This document shows, piece after piece, positions 26,501 to 38,400 of a DNA stretch of 64,000 nucleotides. This stretch comes from Octopus vulgaris (Eukaryota), in NCBI GenBank assembly GCA_951406725.2, contig OX597839.1, forward strand, positions 12,834,001 through 12,898,000, read 5' to 3'. The notes under the pieces are model-generated. The model ran no database searches and had not been told where the DNA came from. It saw nothing but the letters and a program-made list of their open reading frames with translations. Within the stretch, counting starts at the first letter, position 1. Every line of letters starts with the position of its first letter. The position numbers and the translations under genes were made by a program.

Positions 26501-27622
26501 TGAATCTGTTGTTCAACACTGAAAAATGACTATGACAAAGACTTCACCTTTCAACTAAGAAAATGTATTTTGTATGTAGTTTATTTTAAGATATTTTTGT
26601 TTCTTCTCACTCTCCATAACTACATTTCCTGACCACTCCTTTTCCACCTCCAACTGTGTAATATATTTACACATAAATGTATACATGTATGTTTGTGGAA
26701 TGAACTCATAATGGATATTTTATTTATCTTTCATTTCCATTCCAGCAAAGACAAAACTTTACCAGCCAACACTTATAAAACCAATTCAAAAACTGTAACG
26801 TCCAGCAGTAACTCTGATGCATTACTCAGTAGTGAAGATGTAAAAGGAAACAATAATGCAGTACCCAAGCCTACAGGAGAAGGTAATGATAAAATAAGAG
26901 AAATACCCAAATCTAATGAAACTAACGCACTACCTCCACTTTGTAACAATTTCAGCAAGAATACTTGCATTGTGCTTCCTGTTAGAGGAGCTAGTAGCTC
27001 TTATGCTCAAGAAGCAGCATGCCTTCCTATTGAGGAATCTAAAACAAAATCCCTTTCCATTAATTCCCCAAACAACCAGCTAAACTCTGCAAATGTACCC
27101 CAAATGTTTCCACAAGGCTGTAAGCACCATTCTTTTTTATATTTTCTTAGATAACCTCACCATCATTACTTTATTATCATTGCTTAATAATCATTACTCA
27201 TTATTTTGCCATCACTACTTTCCCATCATTTCTTTATTATCATTACTTTCTCATTAAAAAAAAAAATTTTATGTGCCCTTTTCAACCCTAGCCAGGTTCA
27301 TGGGCCCGTTTTCCTAGTTTCTGTGGTGTATGTGTTCCCCCTAGCTGGATGGGATGCCAGTCCATTGCAGCCTTACTCAAGAAGCAGGAAGAAAGAGTGA
27401 GAGAAAGTTGGGGTAAAAGAGAACAACAGGGGTCACTACCAGCCCTGCAGGAGCCTTGCATCCTTTTGTTTATTGAAGACCAGCAGTCACTCATGCATAC
27501 CAGCCTCCCCTCTCCATGTCAGCGGAATTTTAACTCAGAACATGAAGACAGACAAAATACTGCTAAGCATTTTGCCCAACATGCTAATGGTTCTGTCAGC
27601 TCACCTCCTTAAAACTGTTTTA

Positions 27623-27653
<31 letters not shown>

Positions 27654-27872
27654 TCTTGCAAACAACTTGCACATGCAAGTGCTACCAGTTAAAAGCTCCG
27701 TATACCAGAAGCTAGCAAGTGTATGAGGTCATCAGGAGAGAATGCGTGCAATTTCAGGGCCTACCTTTCGACGGCATCAATGCACACCGGCCCCCTGACT
27801 GATATGAGGCCCTGCTTGCTAGATCAGCTGGTTATGAAGTTAAACTCAATATACTTCTAGCCATCGCTCATC

Positions 27873-27911
<39 letters not shown>

Positions 27912-28815
27912 AATTATTATAATAATAATAATAATTATAATGATAATAGTAATAAAGATGATGATGATTTCAAATTTTGGCTCAAGGCCAGCATTTTAGG
28001 TGGAAGGGATGAATTGATTACATTGACCATAGTGTTTAACTGGTACTTACTTCATCAACTCTGAAAGGATGAAAGGCAAAGTCATAATCAGCACACACAC
28101 ACAGGGGACAATTACCCCCTCTCCAATATATTAGGAAGTTTTAAATGAACATCCTTTAAATGAACATCCTTAGGGGTAATTTTCGTTGGGGTGGGGGTGT
28201 AAATGTCTTACACTCAATATATACGACAGGCTTCTTTAAGTTTCCATCTATCAAATCCACTCAGTTGTGGTTTGCCTAAGGATATATTAGAAGACACTTG
28301 GTCCAAGATGTCACTTTGAGAAGCAAACTTTTTAACACACATGTATCTATGTATTATATTCTCAAAAATTTATGATCTTGATGCTATGTTATAAATTTTA
28401 TAGTTATTCCAGCAACTATTAGAAATGGAAAGAATGTTGCAGTTGGGGGTGACTCTAATGTTACAAATACGAAAACCGCAGAACCTGAGAAGAAAAAATG
28501 TGAGACTGATAAAGATGAAGTGAAATTCAGCAAGTATCTCAGTAAGTAAAAGTAGTTTCCATTTGTTTACTCTTTTTACTCTTTTACTTGTTTCAGTCAT
28601 TTGATTGCAGATCAAAGCAAGATGAAATGTTTTGCTCAAGAATACATCAAAACACTTGATCCAGGAATGAAACCCACAATCTGGCAATTGTGAGTGGGAA
28701 ACCCTATCACTGGACCTCACACACACACACACACATGTATATATGTGTGTATGTATATATATATATGCACACACACACACACACACACTCACACTTTTGT
28801 ATATTCATATATATG

Positions 28816-28850
<35 letters not shown>

Positions 28851-28851
28851 A

Positions 28852-28920
<69 letters not shown>

Positions 28921-28930
28921 CAATCAATCA

Positions 28931-28966
<36 letters not shown>

Positions 28967-28973
28967 CTCTATC

Positions 28974-29052
<79 letters not shown>

Positions 29053-29141
29053 CTATCAATTTATCTATCTGTCTCTCTCTCTCTATATATATATATCTAT
29101 CTATCTATCTATCTATCAATCTATCTATATATCTATCTATC

Positions 29142-29178
<37 letters not shown>

Positions 29179-29264
29179 TCATCATCATCATCGTTTAACA
29201 TCCGCTTTCCATGCTAGCATGGGTTGGACGGTTCAACTGGGGTCAGGGAAGCCCGAAGATATCA

Positions 29265-29298
<34 letters not shown>

Positions 29299-32200
29299 AA
29301 ATACATATATTGGGTTATCCCTGTAAAAAATGCATTTTTTATACTTCTTTTATTTTCCAAAATTAAGAAAAGTTCTTTTCTAATCTAAATTCTACTCTCC
29401 TTCATTTTCTACAATGCTCTTCTGTTTATCTGGTAGACTTGCAAGGCCCCTCTTCCAAAATTCTCTTGTCTGTGATGAAAAATACTCCTCCAGTATTGTT
29501 CTGACCTTCTCTACAGAATTCATATTTATTTCGTCCAAATGATTTTGAAGACTGTGGAATAAATGATGGGACAATGTCCAGCAAATATGGTGGGTGAGGC
29601 AAAAAAGGTTCATTCATGAGATGTGACAGCAAAGAAGATGTGACGCAGCACGTGATTAGACTTGGAAAGCTTGTGAGCAACCCATTGACCCAATTTGCTT
29701 ACTTTTCCGATGGCACACAGGTGTCGATGAATCCAAGCTTTTCTGCTAGTTCCTCAACACTTACAATAGGATTTTGTTCCACCAGGATTTGCAGGATGTC
29801 CTAGTTGAGCTCCACAGATCTTCCAGGACGAGGCTCATCTTCTAGTCTGTAGTTTCCAGCTTGTGTATATATTAAATAAGATTTATCTCTCCCCAGATAG
29901 AGTACTTTTTTGTAGATCTTACCAACCTGAAACAATACACTCTATGTGGTCAGTTGATGGTGGAGGACAAGAGAGAGACTTATGGAATTGGGAGAAGATG
30001 ATAAGTGAGCATGGCATCAGCAACACTTACATTATTTGGAAAATGTAATGGAAAGAGTACAGTGAAATTGCCTTGAAGAGTGGAATGTCTAAAGTTTCCA
30101 AAAATGGATAGTCCCGTGGGGTGTTTACAAAAATACTTATAGAGTTACAATTATGTAAAATATTGTCATGCTGCTTAGAAAAATAACATAACAGGGAATC
30201 TCTTTTACGATATAAATTAAATCAAAATTTCAACTAAATATATAACTAATATAACTATTCGTTGAAATTTAAATTATAATAAATTTATTGCAAAAACTTA
30301 TGTTGCAAATTGTAGGTGAAACACCCCAATACAATAACAGAGAAAAGTTTCAGTCATCAAAAATAGCCACAATATATTTCTTATGAGTTGAAATGGAAAG
30401 CAAAATCAATGTGAGCTGATTATGAAGGCAATGCTGAAAAGTTCCATAAGGCCAGGCTGGAGGTTGAACATTTTGAGCTCTTTTACAGGTCTTAGAAAAA
30501 CTGTCACACTGTTGCAATAAATGTGTGAATCTGAGAGAAGATGTTGAATAACATCATAAATAAACTGATTCTCCAGTAATTTTTTTTTTTACTCAAAGCC
30601 AGGAACTTTTCAGTATTCCCTAATATATAGCCAGTACTGTTCACTCAGATTCCCCACCAGTTGATGTCAAAGCGACATCTGCCTCCCACAACAACTGAGC
30701 TACAGTGGCACAACACAACATGTTACACACCCTCACTTAGTCAGAAAGGTAGTGGGAAGGAGCAAAATAAAACAAGTTGCCAACTAAGGATTGCAAGCAT
30801 TTAAAAAATTGGGGGATGACAAAACACCCCATGTGACTAACACAGGATTAAGATAGAGTGTGAAATTTGATGGTGATTTGGCTGTTATTTCTAAACAAAA
30901 AAGTAAATATGAAACATTTCAATAGGGTTGCTGAACCATCGAACAAACTGCCGGCATCAGTTGTTAGTTGTCGGAGCACTGCATCCTTCAAAACTTCCAT
31001 GCTTCCTGAGATTCGCCAACACTACACTTGATTTTCTCCCCTCCATACACACACAAGCATGTATCTGACTCATACATTGTTCGCTTTCCAGACATTTCTA
31101 CATTACTGCATGTACTTTATATGCACTTTCTGACAAGTTGTGTTGCACCTGAGCACTGTATACAATTAATTTCATTATTATTATTATAAATTCTTAAGAA
31201 TCATGGAAATATTTTTGCAGAGTCTAATACAAAACTGACTCAGAAACACCTCAACAAAATAGCCGCATACCTAGGGAATAAATGGAAGTCTGTTGGTAAG
31301 TATAAAATATACATTGCTTTAGATGTTTTGCTTCTATCATATCTTGATGTGTTTTTTACTTGCTTCAGCCATTATGTTGTTGCCATGCTGGGGCAGCACC
31401 TCAAAGAATTTTTAGTCGGATGAATCCAATACTTTATTTTCTTTTTTTTTAAGCCCAGTGCTTATTCTATCAGTCACTTTTGCTGAACTGCTAAGTTACA
31501 AAGATGCAAACACACCAACCCTGGATGTCAAGCAGTGGTGGAAACATACACAGACACAAACATGCACACACACGTGTGACAGGCTTCTTTCAGTTTCCAT
31601 CTACCAAATGCACTCACAAGGTTTTGGTTGGGCTGGGGCTATAGTAGAAGACACTTGGCCAAGGTCCCATGCAGTGGGAATGAACCTGGAATCATGCAGT
31701 TGGGAAGCAAATCTTCTTGCCACCCAGCCACCCCTATGCCTATCTAACTACAAAATAATGTTTAGTGAGTGCTACGATACTTAATGTGATGAAGAAAAAA
31801 ATTTCAGTTAAAGTTGTTCTTGCTAGGAGGAGAAGAAAAGAATCTTCACCCTGTTGCTACCATACTTTTGTTGGAACACTTCTTTTGTTGTAATTAATGT
31901 TGAAAATAATGAATTTATGAATATAACTGTTTTGAGATTAAGCTAGTCATCATCATCATCATCATTTAACGTCTGCTTTCCATGCTAGCATGGGTTGGAC
32001 GATTTGACTGAGCGCTGGTGAACCAGATGGCTCTACCAGGCTCCAATCTTGATCTGGCAGAGTTTCTACAGCTGGATGCCCTTCCTAACACCAACCACTC
32101 CGAGAGTGTAGTATGTGCTTTTATGTGCCACCGGCACGGGGGCCAGTCAGGCGGTACTGGCAACGACCTCGCTCGAATCTTTTTACACATGCCACCGGCT

Positions 32201-32786
32201 CAGGTGCCAGTAAGGTGACGCTGGTAACGATTACACTCGAATGGTGCCTTTTATGTGCCACTGGCACTGAAGCCGGTTAGCTACTCTGTCAGCGATCACA
32301 CTCGTATGGTGCTCTTTGCCAGTCATTGAACTTGATTTTGATTTTGATTTAAATTAACATAAAATTTGGATTCAAGATTTTAATTTAAATCACTTTAAAA
32401 ACAAGAAATTTGTATCATAGAACCAAAGTCAGTATTAAAAATTTAGTGTTAACAGTTGACAACTGTTTCAGGCCACCATTTTTCCCTATCGTAAATTTTT
32501 TCATTATGTATCCCTTGAAATTTATAAATCATTTACTATTATTATTGTTGTTGTCAATGATATAATATTTTTATTTTCAGGTCGAAATTTAGACATTCAA
32601 GATGTTTTCCTGGGTAATATTGAATCTGACAACCCACAGAAAACTGAAGAAGAGTGTTTTCAAATGTTGAAGAAATGGTCGGAAATATCTGAGCCAGGGA
32701 TGTGTACAACAGGCAAATTAGCTAAGGCTCTCATTGATGCTGAGTGTTATGGTGTGATTCCATATTTACCATTAGATGAGGAGTGA
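12338..32786 (+). CDS. Paralog A: complete spliced IMD-like adaptor (IBM-like repeats + RHIM-like motif + death domain), 269 aa; join(12338..12363,26746..27119,28413..28541,31221..31295,32581..32786)
   Basis: Kozak-type gaccaccATGg. All four introns are GT-AG with matching phases (2,1,1,1), giving an uninterrupted 810-nt CDS MDESREMHRKDKTLPAN...STIRNGKNVAVGGDSNVTN...LTQKHLNKIAAYLGNKWKSVGRNL...PLDEE*. Same exon set and phases recur in paralog B. Confidence 0.8.
12486..22975 (+). repeat. 414-bp satellite/VNTR in intron 1 of paralog A, ~25 near-identical units plus a partial leader
   Basis: Unit acttaatactgtactgccaaccaggaagtacc... recurs every ~414 bp from 12665 to 22599. Confidence 0.98.
24870..25255 (-). 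mobile_element. RTE LINE fragment; copy at ~63650-64000
   Basis: LEVVDSFHYLGDQVS...VATRIR; same family as 8846-9700. Confidence 0.8.
25337..25406 (-). ncRNA. Decayed hammerhead-like motif next to a (TA)n tract
   Basis: Minus strand GCCAUAUAA CUGAGAA GAUG...CAUC CAAA ACUCAGAGU U UUAUCAUGGC; all three stems present, two core substitutions. Confidence 0.4.
26746..27119 (+). CDS. Paralog A exon 2 (low-complexity region with degenerate IBM-like repeats)
   Basis: ttccattccag|C AAA GAC...GGC T|gtaagc; lies inside ORF 26693..27154; homologous to exon at 48055. Confidence 0.8.
28413..28541 (+). CDS. Paralog A exon 3 (RHIM-like TIRNGKNVAVGGDSNVTN)
   Basis: ttattccag|CA ACT ATT...TAT CTC A|gtaagt; 129 nt, phase 1/1; homologous to exon at 51506 (both end KFSKY[L/F]). 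Confidence 0.8.
29309..29862 (-). mobile_element. Internally deleted mariner transposase remnant
   Basis: LEDEPRPGRS...GKVSKLGQWVAHKL (WVPHEL-like), LPHPPY..D..PS (YSPDL region), HLFHSLQNHL, FWKRGLASLP..K.IVENEGE. Confidence 0.85.
30109..30839. mobile_element. MITE-like element with ~18-bp TIRs containing a nested mariner-type MITE (30421-30625)
   Basis: tagtcccgtggggtgttt ... aaacaccccatgtgacta; nested tgctgaaaagttcc ... ggaacttttcagta; absent from the B-type intron. Confidence 0.6.
30925..31186 (+). mobile_element. 5'-truncated CR1-like LINE 3' end with (ATT)n tail, A-specific insertion
   Basis: VAEPSNKLPASVVSCRSTASFK resembles the CR1 C-terminal WN.LP..VV...S...FK; empty site ttcaatataaattc at 833-846. 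Confidence 0.65.
31221..31295 (+). CDS. Paralog A exon 4 (death domain N-part, SNTKLTQKHLNKIAAYLGNKWKSVG)
   Basis: tttttgcag|...GTTG|gtaagt; 75 nt; paralogous to 874-948. Confidence 0.85.
32581..32786 (+). CDS. Paralog A exon 5 (death domain C-part + stop)
   Basis: ttattttcag|GT CGA AAT TTA...GAG GAG TGA; paralogous to 2218-2423. Confidence 0.85.
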
Positions 32787-34130
32787 TTAGCAGAAAAAAA
32801 TTTATCCACCATGGTATATGTTTTGAATAAGAAGAGCATTATTATATCATGTAATTTCTAAATATCTATTGTTATGACATATATTGAAGTACCAAAATAT
32901 TTTAAGAAGAGCATTATTATATCATGTAATTTCTAAATATCTATTGATATGACATATATTGAAGTACCAAAATATTTTAAGTGGTTTGGGCCTGCATCTA
33001 TGGGTCTTAATCCTCTCTACATACATATGTTATTCAAAATATGAACAATAATAAACCATAAAATAAATTTTTATTTTTCAAGATGAAACAAAATTAACAA
33101 TAAGATGGAAATTGTTTGTTTTTGTATACTTCTATTTTCTTTATTTTGGAAAAGTTTTCTCCTACTTTTTTTTAATTGCAAAGTCTTTGATCATATCCCT
33201 AAAATTAATTTTATGTAACACGTCTGCTTCTCTAATAAATAAGGTATCCTCAATATTATTTTACCAAGTTTAAAATGATTTCTTTTTTGCCATAAACCAT
33301 TTACCAATTCTCTGATTCCCTGCTTCCCTTGATGCCCTAAGCATGTATTTATTTTGTATAATGATTAATCCAGTGTTGTATGTAGGTATTCAGGATGTTC
33401 ATCAGTTTTTAGCTGAAAACTTTACTGTTTTAAGGTGGTCTAAATAAAAATCCCCTATAACATTTCCATGTTAATTTATATTCTAAACAAAAGTTGGCGA
33501 GCTGGTAGAAACATTAGCATGCCAGGTGAAATGCTTAGCAGTATTTCGTCTGTCTCTAAGTTCTGAGTTCAAATTCCGCCAAGGTTGATTTTTGCCTTTC
33601 ATCCTTTCGGGGTCGATAAATTAAGTACCAGTTGCATATTGGAGTCAATCTAATCGACCAGCCTCTTTCCAAAGATTTTGGGCCTTGTGCCTAGAGTAGA
33701 AAAGAATTTATTTTCTAAACTTGCTTAATAATGGTTTCAAATTTTAGCTCAAGGTCAATGAGTCAGTGGGAGGGAGTAAGTCAATTACATCAACCCCAGT
33801 GCTCAACTAGCACTTTATTGACCCCAAAAGGATGAAAGGTAAAGCTGACCTCAGCAGGTTTTGAACTCAGTATGTAAAGAGAGATGAAATGCCACTAAGC
33901 GTTTTGTCTGGCATGCTAACAATTCTGCTAGCTTGCCATCTTGCACTTGCTTATTAATGACGAAATATATCTTAATAGATTCTTTGTTATTTTCAACATA
34001 AATTAAAGCAAAAACATTGTATTTCAACAGTATTATGGTAACAGAAGGGTTAATACATAAATTCATCAGTCATTTAATTGTGAGAGGACAGACTACTTCT
34101 GCCCGAAATTCATTCAACTCGCAGAGCCAG

Positions 34131-34161
<31 letters not shown>

Positions 34162-34594
34162 TTCATCACCACCACCACCGTCACCGCCGCCACCGCCACC
34201 ACCACCACCATTATTATCATCATCATCATCACCATCATCACCATCATCACTATTATCACCACCACCACCATTATTATCATCATCATCATCGTTTAACGTC
34301 CGTTTTCCACGCTTGCATGGGTTGGACGGTTCGACCGTGGTCCGGGAAGCCAGGAGGCTGCACCAGGCTCCGGTCTGATCTGGCAGTGTTTCTACAGCTG
34401 GATGCCCTTCCTAACGCCAACCACTTTGTGAGTGTAGTGGGTGCTTTTTACGTGCTACCAGCACATGAGCCAGAGGTGGCTGGCAAACGGCCATGATCGA
34501 TTGGTGTTTTTTACATGTCATACTTTTACTAATTACAGGGTGACAGCAATAAGCAGTGGCGTGTATAAATAGAAGGTTATTAGTATATGATTTA

Positions 34595-35463
34595 ATAGAG
34601 TAATCCTATTGCCTGTTGAGTGGATTGGAGGGTTAATGTGAAAGGAAGTATATGACTTAATAGAGTAATCCTATTGACTCATATGGCCAGTTTCCAGGTT
34701 TCTCTGTCCCATATATATATTTTCTCCTGGATGGGTTGGGACGGTGGTCCATCAAAGGATTTCTCATTATTGCCTGCTGAGTGGATTGGAGGGTTAATGT
34801 GAAAGGAAGTATTTGACTTAATAGAGTAATCCTATTGACTCATATGGCCAGTTTCCAGGTTTCTCTGACCTATATATATTTTCTCCTGGATGGGATGGGA
34901 CGGTGGTCCATCACAGGATTTCTCATTATTGCCAGCTGAGTGGAATTGGAGGGTTAATGTGAAAGGAAGTATATGACTTAATAGAGTAATCCTATTGACT
35001 CATATGGCCAGTTTCCAGGTTTATCTGACCTATATATATTTTCTCCTGGATGGGATGGGACGGTGGTCCATCACGAATTTCTCATTATTGCCAGCTGAGT
35101 GGAATTGGAGGGTTAATGTGAAAGGAAGTATATGACTTAATAGAGTAATCCTATTGACTCATATGGCCAGTTTCCAGGTTTCTCTGACCTTTATATATTT
35201 TCTCCTGGATGGGATGGGGCGGTGGTCCATCACAGGATTTCTCATTATTGCCTGTTGAGTAGATTGGAGGGTTAATGTGAAAGGAAGTATATGACTTAAT
35301 AGAGTAATCCTATTGACTAGTATGGCCAGTTTCCAGGTTTATCTGACCTATATATATTTTCTCCTGGATGGGATGGGATGGTGGTACATCGCAGGATTTC
35401 TCATTATTGCCTGCTGAGTGGATTGGAGGGTTAATGTGAAAGGAAGTATATGACTTAATAGAG
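34595..35463 (+). repeat. Same ~159-bp tandem repeat, ~5 units
   Basis: Units at 34611, 34772, 34931, 35090, 35250, 35409. Confidence 0.95.
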
Positions 35464-38400
35464 CTGTTGCTGTTTAGTTATGTATTTAGGAGTGGTTGTA
35501 ATTTACTTAGGGAATTTATGATATCTGAGGGGCAGCTGATGATGGAGAGATTTTGGATTATTCCAGCAGTTGTTGGAACTGTAGAAGCAACAGCAACTGT
35601 TAGTACAACGGCTACAGAAGAAAACAGAAAATATATCAAAACGATGTGTTATAATAGTATTCCACAGCCATACCAACAATCCAGGGATCGAAACCACAAT
35701 CTTACAATCACGAGTCAACACTTTAACTACTTAGCCACATGCCTCCACACTGCATCTTATGAAGTTCTCCATGTAATATCTATGTACCTTTAGTGCTATT
35801 TTCTGTATGACGTATCTATGTTTAGGTCATTTAGCTTATGTGCTTGTCCACATCACTTATAATCATTTCAGTATCACTAATTATTATCTTGATTCTTTCT
35901 ATTTTCAGTCCCCAGAGTGGTTATTAAAAAACGAATGTTCTCCACCATGGTGTATGTTTTGAATAAGAAGAGCATTACTACATCATTTAATATCTAAATA
36001 TCTGCTTATATCAGTATTAATATCTGCTTATACCAATATTAATATGATCTTTATTTAAGCACTAAAATCTTTTAAGTGCTCAGGGCCTCTATAGGTCTTA
36101 ATCCAGCCCTGTCTACATATATATGTAGTTCAAAATATAAAGAAAAATAAACCATGAAATAAATTTTTATTTTTCAAAATTGTTGTGGAAGGATCCTGAA
36201 CACCTCCATGTGACAAAAAAACGGACTAACGGATTTTCAATAAATAAAGAACTGTGAGAACTATCAGAAAGTTGATAGCATTGATTGTCCATATTGGTTA
36301 CTGTGTTAGTTTAATATCATAGCTAGGTTTGGAGTAGTACGGAGTACATTCTGTGTTAACGTAATAATTCTGTGATAGGTTATTCTAGATAACCATATCC
36401 AAGTAATTATTTGGGTAATACTATTCTTACACACATGTCATAATATTTTTGGTGATGAGGATATTCGAACCCATGCTGGACAGGTTATTGTTTGAACATG
36501 GAAGATTTACTAGCTCTGGTAATTCAATTACAGAAACAGCAGCAATACCAGCAGTTGTTGGAATTGCAGAAGCAACAGCAACTGTTTGTACAATGGCTAC
36601 AGAAGAAAACAGAAAATATATCAAAAGGATGTGTTATAATACTATTCCACAGTCATACCAACAATCCAATAATACTAATCCATGTATACAAAAACAGCCA
36701 TACCAATAATCCAACATATCCCCATCATCAGCTGCCCATCAGATATCATTATGGTTTTAACACCTGGGCAGTACCATTCAATCTGGCAGTGTCAACAGCA
36801 CTAAAATAAGTGTTGTTTGGGAACAAGTAAACCAAAGAAACCACAACTTTCAAACACATTTACCCAATGTACAAACATATCGATAAATACATTCCATAAG
36901 TAAATTACAACCACTCCTAATTACATAACTAAACAGCGACAGCTCTGTTAAGTCATACAAAAATTGTAATCCCAACCGTCTTCTGTAGTATAATATAAAG
37001 GTAAAAGCTTAATGACAACTTATTTCAATCAATCAATATATAGGCAGAATGTGTAGTTCATTCTGACATGGTCGCAAACTCCATCTGAGAGTTTGTATAT
37101 AACCCAGAGGAGGGTACTACTTTTCCTTCTTACTTTAGAGGGTATGAAGAAATTTTTAAAGATGAGTGCTCTGACTAGCAAGACGATAAATCAAACCTGA
37201 CTTTCGTTGAGATAGTTGGCATCAGCCAAGCATGAGAAATATTGAAATTACATATTACCAAAGAGATCAGGTAAAGTCTGTTTTGAAGAAAATGTGAATA
37301 TTCTGTCTAAGATTTTCAGCGAAAAAGCTCTTTATTTAATATGCATTGGCAATGCATGAATATTACAGAAAAATAAGATGAATATTTTATTACATATACT
37401 GGAATTGTTAATAGGGATAGAGAATGTGAGAGATTTAAAAGTAATGAGCTATATGTTTAAATATTTAATTTTCGTGAAAAGTTTAATAGCAAAGAAAATG
37501 TGGAAATTCGGAACCAAATTCTGACTAAATTAGAGCAGAATCAGAAGCTAATATTACAAGATATATCTAAAATATCTGAGGAATGCCGATCACATATACA
37601 ATTGGTGTGACCAAAGGTAAGTAATGAAAAGGAGAATATTAACCCATGTTTTAGATGTGGAGAATTACACTACAAATTTGACTGTCCTTATAAAAATTGA
37701 AAATGCTTCAAGTGTAGTAAGATAGGTCATAAAAAATCACACTGTTAAACAAAATCTAGAAAATGGTTCAACAGAAAAAAATCACGTAAACTGTTTATCA
37801 GTGACAAGAAATAAAGATGAGACTTAAAAGAAATTTATGTATGTAAAATTTAATAATACAAATGTAAAATTACAGTTAGACACAGGTAGGGACATTATTT
37901 TAATTAATGAAAACACATGGAAAAAAAATCAGGAAACCTTCACTACAGAAAACCTCAAAGCTTGCTCGTGGAGTCTTGAGGATTAAATTAATTTTTGAAG
38001 GTGAAATTATTTGCAATGTTACATTTCATTGTAAAACTATAAAAGCAAAAGCTTATGTATTACAAAATACAAGCATTCATTTTGAAATTGACTGGTTGGA
38101 ACTGTTCAACTTTAGCATGCCCTGCAACCCCATAACAGCTATTTGCAATAAAGAAGAAGTTTCAGGTGTGGAAGCAAGTCAGTCTAGCAAAATCTAAAGT
38201 CTTAGTAAATAGGAAGGCAGACAAATCACAATTCCCTTCAGGTAGATGGCCCTGTTTGATCTGAAGAAAAGGCATAGTTAGAAACTCCATAAGATGTACC
38301 CGATGTAAGTTATGGACACCTAAAAGGTATAGCAATATCAAAGAAAGGTTAACGGGGAATATAGGTTTTGTGTGTGGCAGATGCACAGGAGCAATAAACA

